From positions 1,696,001 through 1,760,000 of the forward strand of contig OY970355.1 in assembly GCA_963718525.1 (NCBI GenBank): 64,000 nucleotides of DNA, read 5' to 3'. The position numbers were made by a program, and so were the translations under genes. The DNA comes from Candidatus Dormiibacterota bacterium. GTDB taxonomy: Bacteria > Chloroflexota > Dormibacteria > Aeolococcales > Aeolococcaceae. Positions 33,790 to 41,707 of this stretch are shown one piece after another. Position 1 is the first letter of the stretch; the number at the start of each line of letters is the position of its first letter. The notes under the pieces were generated by a model. That model saw only the letters and a list, made by a program, of their open reading frames with translations, did no database searches and was not told where the DNA came from.

Positions 33790-35354
33790 CGCCCGTTGGT
33801 GTGCTCGGCCACAGCCGCACGCACCGGCACCAGCTGAGCCGGCGCCGTGGCGGTGGCCGTCGTCTCGCGGATCACGGTCACCTTGATGACCCCCGGGTAC
33901 TGCATCTCGGATTCGATCTCCCGGGCGATCTCGCTGGTCATCTGCGGCATGTCGGTGTCCTTGACCTGTGACGCCTTGACGAACACGCGGAGCTCCCGGC
34001 CGGCCTGCAGCGGAAAGGCGCGGTCGACGCCGCCGTGGCGGGTCGCGATCGTCTGGAGCTGCTCGAGGCGCAGCAGGTAGGTCGCCAGCGTGTCGCGGCG
34101 CGCCCCTGGACGCGAGGCGCTGATCGCGTCGGCGCAGATGGTGAGCATGGCGAGATCGGTGGACGGCTCCTCGTCAAAGTGGTGGGCCTTGACCGCGTGG
34201 ACGATGCCGGGATCGACGCCGAGGACACGGAGCAGCTCGCCGCCGATGATCGCGTGGACACCCTCGACGTCGTGGTCAACCGCCTTGCCGATGTCGTGGA
34301 GCATGCCCGCCTGCCGCGCGACGCTTTGAGGCAGACCCAGCTCGGCTGCGAGCACGCCGCAGAGGTGGCCGGTCTCCTCGCAATGGAGGAGCGCGTTCTG
34401 TCCGTAGGAGAACCGGTGGTGGAGCGTCCCCACGAGCTCGGCCAGCTCCGGTCGGCCCTCGATCTGCATCATCCACAGCGCTCGTTCGCCGACCTCGACG
34501 ACCCGGCGCTGCGTGGTCCGGCGCGCCTTCTGGATCACCGGCGGGACCTCGGTTGCCTGCATCCGGCGATCGACGACCTCGAGGGCGGCCTGGCGAGCGA
34601 TCTCGCGCCCGATGGGGTCCACGGTCCGCAGCGTCGCCTGGTGCTTCTCGTTGTCGATGCCGAGCTCGGCGCCGGTCTGCTCGGCGATGACCGCAAGCGC
34701 CGAGAGCAGGCGCTCCTGGGCGTGATCGTCGAGACCCTCGAGCGACAGCGGTGACATCCTCGGCGCGCTGTCCACGTTGGAGGCATCCTGCCTTTCAACC
34801 GCCTGCACGATCAGGTCGTTCGCGGTCGTCTCGACACGGTCGCCGACGATCTCCCCAACCGTGGCCTCCACCAGGGCGGTCCGTTCCGCGGCGAGCTCGA
34901 ACTCGAGGCGTTCGAGCACGAGGACCGCGGCCGCATCACGATCGAGCGCCGCCTTGGCGCGGAGCGTCTCGTCGATCTGCAAACCCTGCTCGGCGACCTT
35001 CGACCGCCGCTCCTCGATCTCGTCGCGGCGCTTGCGGTAGGCAAAGCGGCGGTCGTCGAAGATCTCGCGACGCTCGCGCAGGTGCTTGTGGCGCTCGGTG
35101 ATGACCGCCTCTCGCCCTTCTACCGCCGCCAGCCGCTCGTTGACCTCCTCCATGGCGGCCTCGTGCGAGTGGAGGGCGGCGGTGCGGGCCTCGGCGACCA
35201 GCGTGGACGCGTACTGGTTGGCGTCGATCAGGCTCTGGCTGACGAGCGGCGGCGCTGAGGGTTCCTGGATCTCACGCCGTGCGTTGAACAGCGCGACGGC
35301 ACCCACCGCGACCAGGACCACGGCGATGACGATCAGGACGGCGGTGACGATCAT
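33726..35354 (-). CDS. RNase Y-like HD/HDIG protein (TM, coiled coil, degenerate KH, HD)
   Basis: SYGQNALLH, GMLHDIGKAVDH, AHH, ADAISASRPGARR, QAGRELRV, YPGVIKVTVIRET. Confidence 0.85.
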   Translation of the reverse strand: MIVTAVLIVIAVVLVAVGAVALFNARREIQEPSAPPLVSQSLIDANQYASTLVAEARTAALHSHEAAMEEVNERLAAVEGREAVITERHKHLRERREIFDDRRFAYRKRRDEIEERRSKVAEQGLQIDETLRAKAALDRDAAAVLVLERLEFELAAERTALVEATVGEIVGDRVETTANDLIVQAVERQDASNVDSAPRMSPLSLEGLDDHAQERLLSALAVIAEQTGAELGIDNEKHQATLRTVDPIGREIARQAALEVVDRRMQATEVPPVIQKARRTTQRRVVEVGERALWMMQIEGRPELAELVGTLHHRFSYGQNALLHCEETGHLCGVLAAELGLPQSVARQAGMLHDIGKAVDHDVEGVHAIIGGELLRVLGVDPGIVHAVKAHHFDEEPSTDLAMLTICADAISASRPGARRDTLATYLLRLEQLQTIATRHGGVDRAFPLQAGRELRVFVKASQVKDTDMPQMTSEIAREIESEMQYPGVIKVTVIRETTATATAPAQLVPVRAAVAEHTNGRQDAAAEELPDGEDEPSSDED

Positions 35355-35379
35355 TCGTGGAGTGCTCTGAAGTGGACGG

Positions 35380-36294
35380 TCAGGCGCTGACCGCCAGGTC
35401 GAATGGGTCGCGTGCCTCGGCGATGAGTCGCTGGGCGAAGAGATTGGCGGCTGGAGGCAGGGTGCGTCGCCGATCCCAGCAGAGGGCCATGGTACGCGCG
35501 ATGGGTGGATCGCGAAGCGGGATCACTGCCACCCGCGTGCTGGGCACGGGGAGCGGCATGGGCATCAGCGTCGTCCCGAGGCCGGCTTCCACGAGCCCCT
35601 GCACGATCGTGAAGTCGTCACCCTCGTAGGCCACGTGGGTGGTGAGCCCCTGGGCGGCGAAGGCCGCGTCGATCACGCGGCGGAGCCCGCTGCGCGACCG
35701 CGGCAGGATCAGCGGCTCGCTGGCGACGTCCTCGAGCGTGCAGGAGCTCCTGCCGACGAGGCGATGATTGGTCGGGACCACCACGGCAACGCGCTCTCGG
35801 AAGAGGGGATGGATCTCGAGGTCCACGACACCGGTGGGCGGCGGTCCGAGGATGCCGAGGTCGTAGTCCCCGCCGAGGACGCCGCTCATGACCTCGGCGG
35901 TCGTTCCCTCCTCGAGGGTGAAGCGCACCGCCGGGTAGCTCTCGAGGAATCGGGCGAGCCGCTCCGGGAGCCAGCGCGCGCCGACCGTGTGCAGGAAGGC
36001 GACGCAGACCCGGCCGCTCTCGGCTGCCACGGCTCCCTCGGCCTCGGCGATGGCGTCGCGGAGGTCGTCGAGGATGCGCTCGGCCCGCCCGACGAGGCGG
36101 CGGCCGGCCTGGGTGAGGCGGATGTTCCGGCCGATCCGCTCGAAGAGCAGAACCCCGACCTCCTGCTCCAGTCGGGCGATCTTTCGTGACACCGTCGATT
36201 GATCAGCTTGCAGCGCTTCGGCTGCCCGGCTGAGGTGTTCGACTTTGGCAACTTCGACAAAAGTGCGTAGAAGGTCGGCATTGATGCGGTCCAT
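35380..36294 (-). CDS. LysR-family transcriptional regulator
   Basis: SRAAEAL...QSTVSRKIARLEQEVG.LLFER.GRNIRLT.AG; substrate-binding domain LVEAGLG. Confidence 0.93.
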   Translation of the reverse strand: MDRINADLLRTFVEVAKVEHLSRAAEALQADQSTVSRKIARLEQEVGVLLFERIGRNIRLTQAGRRLVGRAERILDDLRDAIAEAEGAVAAESGRVCVAFLHTVGARWLPERLARFLESYPAVRFTLEEGTTAEVMSGVLGGDYDLGILGPPPTGVVDLEIHPLFRERVAVVVPTNHRLVGRSSCTLEDVASEPLILPRSRSGLRRVIDAAFAAQGLTTHVAYEGDDFTIVQGLVEAGLGTTLMPMPLPVPSTRVAVIPLRDPPIARTMALCWDRRRTLPPAANLFAQRLIAEARDPFDLAVSA

Positions 36295-36302
36295 GCATCA
36301 AT
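36280..36302. promoter_or_regulatory. Probable LysR autoregulatory operator
   Basis: Inverted repeat ATTGATGC-N7-GCATCAAT containing T-N11-A and covering the LysR start codon. Confidence 0.7.
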
Positions 36303-36356
36303 CTCACCCTAAATGTGCTGTTGATGTCAATGACCCCACCCGGTAGGCTTGTCAAT

Positions 36357-36839
36357 GTGATACGAGAACCCGAGGTACTGGAGCGTGGTCAGGTAGTCGA
36401 CCCGGGGCTTCTCATCGAGAGTGCCACTGAAGAGGTGCACGCCGCCCGGCGCAGGCATCGCCGCGAGGTTGTCGAGCGGACCCGCTTGCGCCGGCTGGTC
36501 GAACGGGTCGATAGCGCCATTGAGCTTTGCGAGGAAACGCACCTCCAGGGCATCAAAGAGGTCCCGCCGGACGTTGCCGAGCGGGCGCAGAAGGTGTTCG
36601 TCTTCGCGCGCGGCGCTGTCCGCAAGACCGGGGATGTCGACGCGATGGCCACTGTCGAGGCGTCCCTCGCGCGCCGCCAGGTCAAGATCACCGAGGTCAT
36701 GGACATCCTCTGGACGATCCAGGAGGTCGTGTTCGACCTGATGCTCCCGTGGCGCACCCAGCTCCCCGAGGACGTTGAGCCCGAGGGCGATGAGGCGTCG
36801 CTAGTAGGTTTCTGGAGAGAGTTCCGCCTCCACCCTTAA
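36357..36839 (+). CDS. Hypothetical helical protein, divergent from LysR
   Basis: Open frame with host-like codons; TAGGCT 7 nt before GTG 36357; no family recognised. Confidence 0.6.
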   Translation: MIREPEVLERGQVVDPGLLIESATEEVHAARRRHRREVVERTRLRRLVERVDSAIELCEETHLQGIKEVPPDVAERAQKVFVFARGAVRKTGDVDAMATVEASLARRQVKITEVMDILWTIQEVVFDLMLPWRTQLPEDVEPEGDEASLVGFWREFRLHP

Positions 36840-36840
36840 T

Positions 36841-36963
36841 ACGGCGGCGCTGGGGCGGCCTGATACGGCGTCGGCTTTCGGTCCTCGTTCGGTCACGCAC
36901 TTAAGTGCGCTTCCTCTCTGCGGTCCGCGCCTCCTTGTCTCAGATTCGCCCCAGCGCCGCCGT
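36841..36963. repeat. 123-bp palindromic REP/MITE-like element
   Basis: Perfect 17-bp terminal inverted repeat ACGGCGGCGCTGGGGCG / CGCCCCAGCGCCGCCGT; central palindrome GCACTTAAGTGC. Confidence 0.7.
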
Positions 36964-37013
36964 CGCCCTGTGACTCGAAACCTGATGGTGCCTGCTAGAT
37001 CCACAATCTGCGG

Positions 37014-38312
37014 ATGTCTTTGCGCGTTGCTATTGATCGGATGGTGGTTACGGGGCATCGGATCGATGTTCCGCTTGACTGGAATGAGCCTGCGGGTGCG
37101 CAGATCAGTGTTCATGCTCGCGAGGTTGTCGCGGCTGAGCATGTGGACGACGCGGCGCGTCCGGCGATCGTGTGGTTTCAGGGTGGTCCGGGACACGAGA
37201 TCGCGTTTCCCGATCATCGCGGGAGCTGGCTCGAACAACTGCTGACGCGGTACCGCGTGCTGCTGCTGGATCAACGTGGCACCGGGTTGAGCACGCCGCT
37301 CGAAGCGCGCTCCCTGCCCCGCTCTGATCCCGAGGCGCTCGGCGCCTTCCTGCGAAATTTTCGGCAGGACTCGATCGTGCGCGACGCGGATCGCCTGCGC
37401 GCGACGCTGTATGGCGAGGACTCCGACTGGTATGTCTTCGGACAGAGCTTCGGCGGCTTCTGCTCGCTCACGTATCTGTCGTATCTGCCGGAACACCTTC
37501 GCGGCGTGATCATCACCGGTGGCTTTGCCCCCGTGCTGCATGAGACCGAGGAGATCTGCACGCGGCTGTTCAACCATGTCGCGGCGCGCAACGCCGACTA
37601 CTACGCGCGGTTTCCCGGCGATGCCCAACGGGTGCGCCGGATTGTCGATCACCTCGATGCCGGCGACGAAGTGGACGGTCGGGGACAGCGTCTCAGTGCG
37701 CGCCGTTTTCTGATGCTGGGTGTGAAGCTGGGATTGCAACATGGGTTTGCCGAGCTGCACGGAATCATCGAGCGCGCGGACAACGATCTCGACCAGCTGC
37801 ATGTGCTCAGTGGTGTGGTTCATGAACATGTCGCGGGCGTGATGTCGCCGGCGACGAATCCGATCTACACGGTGTTGCACGAAGCGGCGTACTCCAACGG
37901 TCCTGCGACGCGATGGGCGGCGGAGCGAGCACGGCTCGCCGATCCCCGCTTTGCGCTCGATGCGCAGCCGGCGCCGTACTTCACAGGCGAGGCCGTGTTT
38001 CCGTGGATGCTGGAGGAGCTCCGAGACTTGCAACCGCTGCGCGAGGTTGCCGATGTGCTCGCGAACTACGATGACTGGTCGCCGCTGTATGACGTCGCCC
38101 GGTTGCGCGCGAATGCCGTTCCCGTCGTGGGGACGGTGTACTGGGACGATGAGTACGTGGAGCGCACCATGGCGGTCGAGACGGTCTCGATGCTCGGCAA
38201 CTGTCGTCCGTGGATCACGAATGAATACGAGCACGGCGCATATCGCGTCGACCCGGTGAGGGTTGCGGGTCGCCTGTTCTCGATGCTGGATGATCTGGCG
38301 TCGCAGGCGTAA
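37014..38312 (+). CDS. Proline iminopeptidase-like (S33) alpha/beta hydrolase
   Basis: FQGGPG, LLDQRGTGLS, FRQDSIVRDA, GQSFGG, YWDDEYV, WITNEYEH. Confidence 0.88.
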   Translation: MSLRVAIDRMVVTGHRIDVPLDWNEPAGAQISVHAREVVAAEHVDDAARPAIVWFQGGPGHEIAFPDHRGSWLEQLLTRYRVLLLDQRGTGLSTPLEARSLPRSDPEALGAFLRNFRQDSIVRDADRLRATLYGEDSDWYVFGQSFGGFCSLTYLSYLPEHLRGVIITGGFAPVLHETEEICTRLFNHVAARNADYYARFPGDAQRVRRIVDHLDAGDEVDGRGQRLSARRFLMLGVKLGLQHGFAELHGIIERADNDLDQLHVLSGVVHEHVAGVMSPATNPIYTVLHEAAYSNGPATRWAAERARLADPRFALDAQPAPYFTGEAVFPWMLEELRDLQPLREVADVLANYDDWSPLYDVARLRANAVPVVGTVYWDDEYVERTMAVETVSMLGNCRPWITNEYEHGAYRVDPVRVAGRLFSMLDDLASQA

Positions 38313-38342
38313 ACAGGCGCGGTTCCCGAAGGCCCGGCTGGC

Positions 38343-38735
38343 TCATGGAGCCAGGGCCAACACCACACAACACGTCATCAGCGCACACCCGAGCGGCGCC
38401 ATGAGAAATCGCTCCCAACGGCTCCGGGAGACGATATTTGCCAGGCTACTCGCGCCGAAAATGGCCGCGAGCACCCAGATCCCGATTCGTATTGGTGCGG
38501 ATGCACTGACTCCTCCCGAGAACAGCCCTCGCTCAAGGACGATGTAGAGCGCAGCGCAGAAGACCAGAGCAGACAGCGCACTTGCGATGCGTAGCTTCGC
38601 GGAGAGCACGGCGTTCGCGCCGCCAAATGCGGCATGGCCGAACGGTAACCCAACCGCCAGCAGGATCTGGAACGTCGCCATCCCGGCGACCCCGCATGCT
38701 GCCAACAGAGTCACCCAGTCGACAGATGAGCTCAT
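38343..38735 (-). CDS. Hypothetical membrane protein (about 4 TM)
   Basis: FQILLAVGLPFGHAAFGG...LRIAS...SRSRWER; ATGA overlap with upstream gene. Confidence 0.7.
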   Translation of the reverse strand: MSSSVDWVTLLAACGVAGMATFQILLAVGLPFGHAAFGGANAVLSAKLRIASALSALVFCAALYIVLERGLFSGGVSASAPIRIGIWVLAAIFGASSLANIVSRSRWERFLMAPLGCALMTCCVVLALAP

Positions 38736-39379
38736 GTGTGGCTCGTGCTCGTTACGTCAACGGCTCGAGGAGGAATGGTGAGCTCGGCTCGACGTTTTAT
38801 CCCAAGCAGACACTTGCGCATCATCGGGAAGTCCGCCACCTCCGTGAGAACCAGCCATGCTGCTGTCGTTGGGTGGCGCCACGAGGGACGGGCCCGCACA
38901 CGCGTCACCAGCCGCGTGCGTCCGTCTGGCAACTGATCAAGAGCCCACGCCCAGGTGGTGCGCCGGATCCTTCGATCCCACCAGAGCATCCATCGGTTGG
39001 GTTCGAATGCTTTGACCCTCAGCCCACTTTCGCTACCGGGCCCCAGGGGGATGAGGTCTCCGATGGCGACGTGTTGGAGATCGGGAAAGATGCGCTCCGC
39101 GCTGCTGCGACCGAGGTTATCAAGCAGGTCGTAGCTGTACCAGCCGGCCCGACCGAAACCGATCTGGACCAGCCACGGCCAGATGGCCTCTGGGGGCGCG
39201 TTGACGGTAACGCCCCGCGTCGCATTGAATATCGGCGCAGCCACAACGTCATCTCCAGGCATGACCGCGCTGATCTCCTCACGAGTGGCTCCCCAGGTGC
39301 GCTGCCAAGGGCGGTACAGGGTCAGGAAGATCACGGCAAACGCGGCCACGACGATTGCAATACCGCCGATGCCCATCAT
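38732..39379 (-). CDS. SRPBCC/polyketide cyclase-like protein
   Basis: SD AAGGAG; WGAT.EE...MPGD, TRGVTVNAPPEAIWPWLVQIG.GRAGWYSYD, MMRKCLLGIKRRAE. Confidence 0.78.
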   Translation of the reverse strand: MMGIGGIAIVVAAFAVIFLTLYRPWQRTWGATREEISAVMPGDDVVAAPIFNATRGVTVNAPPEAIWPWLVQIGFGRAGWYSYDLLDNLGRSSAERIFPDLQHVAIGDLIPLGPGSESGLRVKAFEPNRWMLWWDRRIRRTTWAWALDQLPDGRTRLVTRVRARPSWRHPTTAAWLVLTEVADFPMMRKCLLGIKRRAELTIPPRAVDVTSTSHT

Positions 39380-39532
39380 CCGCCACTCCTTCGCAGTGCC
39401 TGCTCGTCACGAAAGCCGAGAGCGTACCGGCTGGTCGCTCGTTCGCCTCACCCAGTTCACTACAGAAGGGCGATGGCATCCAGTGCCATTCGGCCCGCAT
39501 ATGACGGCCGTTGGCCACCAGTTCGTCTCGGG

Positions 39533-41146
39533 CTATGAGAAGTTCCGTAGCCCTCTCCAGACCTCAGGCAACGGCGCCTTGAGCGTGCACAACGTGACGG
39601 GCGCTCCCTGCTCGAGGTTCACGACCTGATAGGGAACCGTCAGATGCCCAACCACCTTCGCGGCCGAGCACATCCACGCGACGTCGGAAGGTTGATACCC
39701 AACCATGAGCACGTAATTGGCGGACAGTTGCTTCGGCAGCCAGTAATAGTCACTCAACTGCGGGCTGAAACTCGCCGGCAGAAGCGCGGGATTGCCATAG
39801 ATTTGCAGCGCACCGGCAACTCCGTAGTCGGAGGAAACGATCACGGTCGAGGCACGCTCGGATGGAGGAAGCGCTTGATAGATCGCCGTCATCTGGCCGG
39901 TGATCTCTTTCCAGCCCACCGTACTCGCGAAATCGGTGTCGAGGGTATCGAGGCCGGTTGCATGCAGCCGATCCGGTGGCGTGCTCGGGATGGTGATCTT
40001 CGCGAGGGTCAGCACGTCGATGAGACTCGCGAGGACGATCGCAGCTGCAAGCGCCGATCGAAGTCGTGGACGCTGGATACGTGACAGCGCGATCACCCCC
40101 GCTGCCATCACGATGGGAATGGTGGGCGCCGGGTAGTAGAACTTCCCAACGAGGAGATAGACCACCAGAGGAACCGCGCAGGCAATGCCGATCGGGCGCA
40201 GATCGTGATTGCGGAAGAGCGAGATGAGGCCGGCGATCCACAGGGGTGTCAGCAGGAAGAGCAGGATGAGGAAATAGACGAGGAAATTGACGGCGCCTCC
40301 TCCGGACGAGATGTCTCCCTGGTGGTTGAGGACGTACGTGAGCGTGGGAAGGCCGTTGGCAATCTGCCATACAACGTTCGGCAGCCAGATCAGGACCATC
40401 AGCGACGCTCCGATCCATGGACCTCTCGTCCGCAGATCCCTTCGCAGCGATGGGGTGACCAGAATTGCGATGGCGATGCCGGCAACCAGCGGAAGGATCA
40501 GGTACTTGATCTCCAGGCCGATGCCGAGCGTCAGGCCGAGCAGGATCCAGTAGCGAGGCCTGCGATCGATGATGAGCGAGAGAAACCAGTAGAGCGACAG
40601 CATCCAGGCCAGCTGATCGAAGACCACCGTCTGGAAGAGATAGGTGCCCAGCAGAATGGGCTCGGTCACGCCGATGAGCAGGGCGAGCGCCTGAAGCCCC
40701 AGCGAACCGCCGAGCTTGCGAACGTACGCCCCGCACAACATGACGTTGACCGCACCGACAAGGGCCGGAAGCAGTCGCAGGGTCCACGGTGTGACCCCGA
40801 GCAGACCGGTCTCGAGCCGAGCGAGGAGCGGCACGATCGGCGGGTAGTCGACGTATCCGAAAGCCGGGTGCCGTCCGCTCGCCATGTAATAGAGCTCGTC
40901 GATGTGGAATCCGAGGACGCCATTGGTCGCGAAGCGGATGGCGAGGAAGCATGCGGCCGCAACGGCGTACACGAGGAACGTTGCTTCGCGAGGGCGTCGC
41001 CACTGGGACACACGGCGCGCAGTGGTCACGCGGTCGCTCGCGGCATCCTCACCAGCACCTTGGCCTTCCTGCTCACGAGGGGCCAGTATGGGGTCGAACG
41101 CTCCCAGGAGAATCACTCCTCGAAGCCGGTGGCGCTGGCTGTCCAC
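39533..41146 (-). CDS. Glycosyltransferase family 39 (GT-C/PMT-like) membrane protein
   Basis: GFHIDELYY..GRHPAFGYVDYPP, many TM helices, SDYGVAGAL; true start may be about 100 nt downstream. Confidence 0.8.
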   Translation of the reverse strand: MDSQRHRLRGVILLGAFDPILAPREQEGQGAGEDAASDRVTTARRVSQWRRPREATFLVYAVAAACFLAIRFATNGVLGFHIDELYYMASGRHPAFGYVDYPPIVPLLARLETGLLGVTPWTLRLLPALVGAVNVMLCGAYVRKLGGSLGLQALALLIGVTEPILLGTYLFQTVVFDQLAWMLSLYWFLSLIIDRRPRYWILLGLTLGIGLEIKYLILPLVAGIAIAILVTPSLRRDLRTRGPWIGASLMVLIWLPNVVWQIANGLPTLTYVLNHQGDISSGGGAVNFLVYFLILLFLLTPLWIAGLISLFRNHDLRPIGIACAVPLVVYLLVGKFYYPAPTIPIVMAAGVIALSRIQRPRLRSALAAAIVLASLIDVLTLAKITIPSTPPDRLHATGLDTLDTDFASTVGWKEITGQMTAIYQALPPSERASTVIVSSDYGVAGALQIYGNPALLPASFSPQLSDYYWLPKQLSANYVLMVGYQPSDVAWMCSAAKVVGHLTVPYQVVNLEQGAPVTLCTLKAPLPEVWRGLRNFS

Positions 41147-41158
41147 CCGATCCCGTAC

Positions 41159-41629
41159 TCAGAGATCCTTCTTCATCCGAATCGACGTTTCGCGATAGCC
41201 GAGGCTCACGTAGAGGTCATGAGCAACCCTGTTGTGACCGAACACGTTGAGGGCGAGCGCGTGCAGCCCGTGACGCCTCGCCTCCCCTTCGGCAAGCCTC
41301 ATGGCCTCCCGTCCATAGCCGCGTCGTCTGTACGGCTCGTCGACGACGATGTTGAAGATGTAGCCCACACCCGGATCCCCGAGCGGGTGCTGTAACGAGA
41401 GCCAGAGCCACCCCACCGGTTGGCCTTCGACCTCCAGACGGAAGATCAAGTGTCCTGGTGTGTCGATCCCCTGAGGTAAGAGTTCTGCGTCTTCGCGGCG
41501 CGCTTGTTCCTCAGCCGCGGCGCGACTCAAAGCCCCCGAAGCAACGATTTCGGCGATGTATCCCTCGAGTTCCTGCGCCGACCAGCCATCGTACTCATCG
41601 GCTGTAGGACGGCGGAGCGTAACGGTCAT
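41159..41629 (-). CDS. GNAT-family N-acetyltransferase
   Basis: VDEPYRRRGYGREAM acetyl-CoA motif; LNVFGHN..A..LY.SLGY. Confidence 0.9.
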   Translation of the reverse strand: MTVTLRRPTADEYDGWSAQELEGYIAEIVASGALSRAAAEEQARREDAELLPQGIDTPGHLIFRLEVEGQPVGWLWLSLQHPLGDPGVGYIFNIVVDEPYRRRGYGREAMRLAEGEARRHGLHALALNVFGHNRVAHDLYVSLGYRETSIRMKKDL

Positions 41630-41707
41630 TCGCCGATTGTGGCGCCAAACGCACCGCGCCGTCGCCTGCGACCTCATCGCCAACGAGCATTCAGTCTGCG
41701 GCTGACA

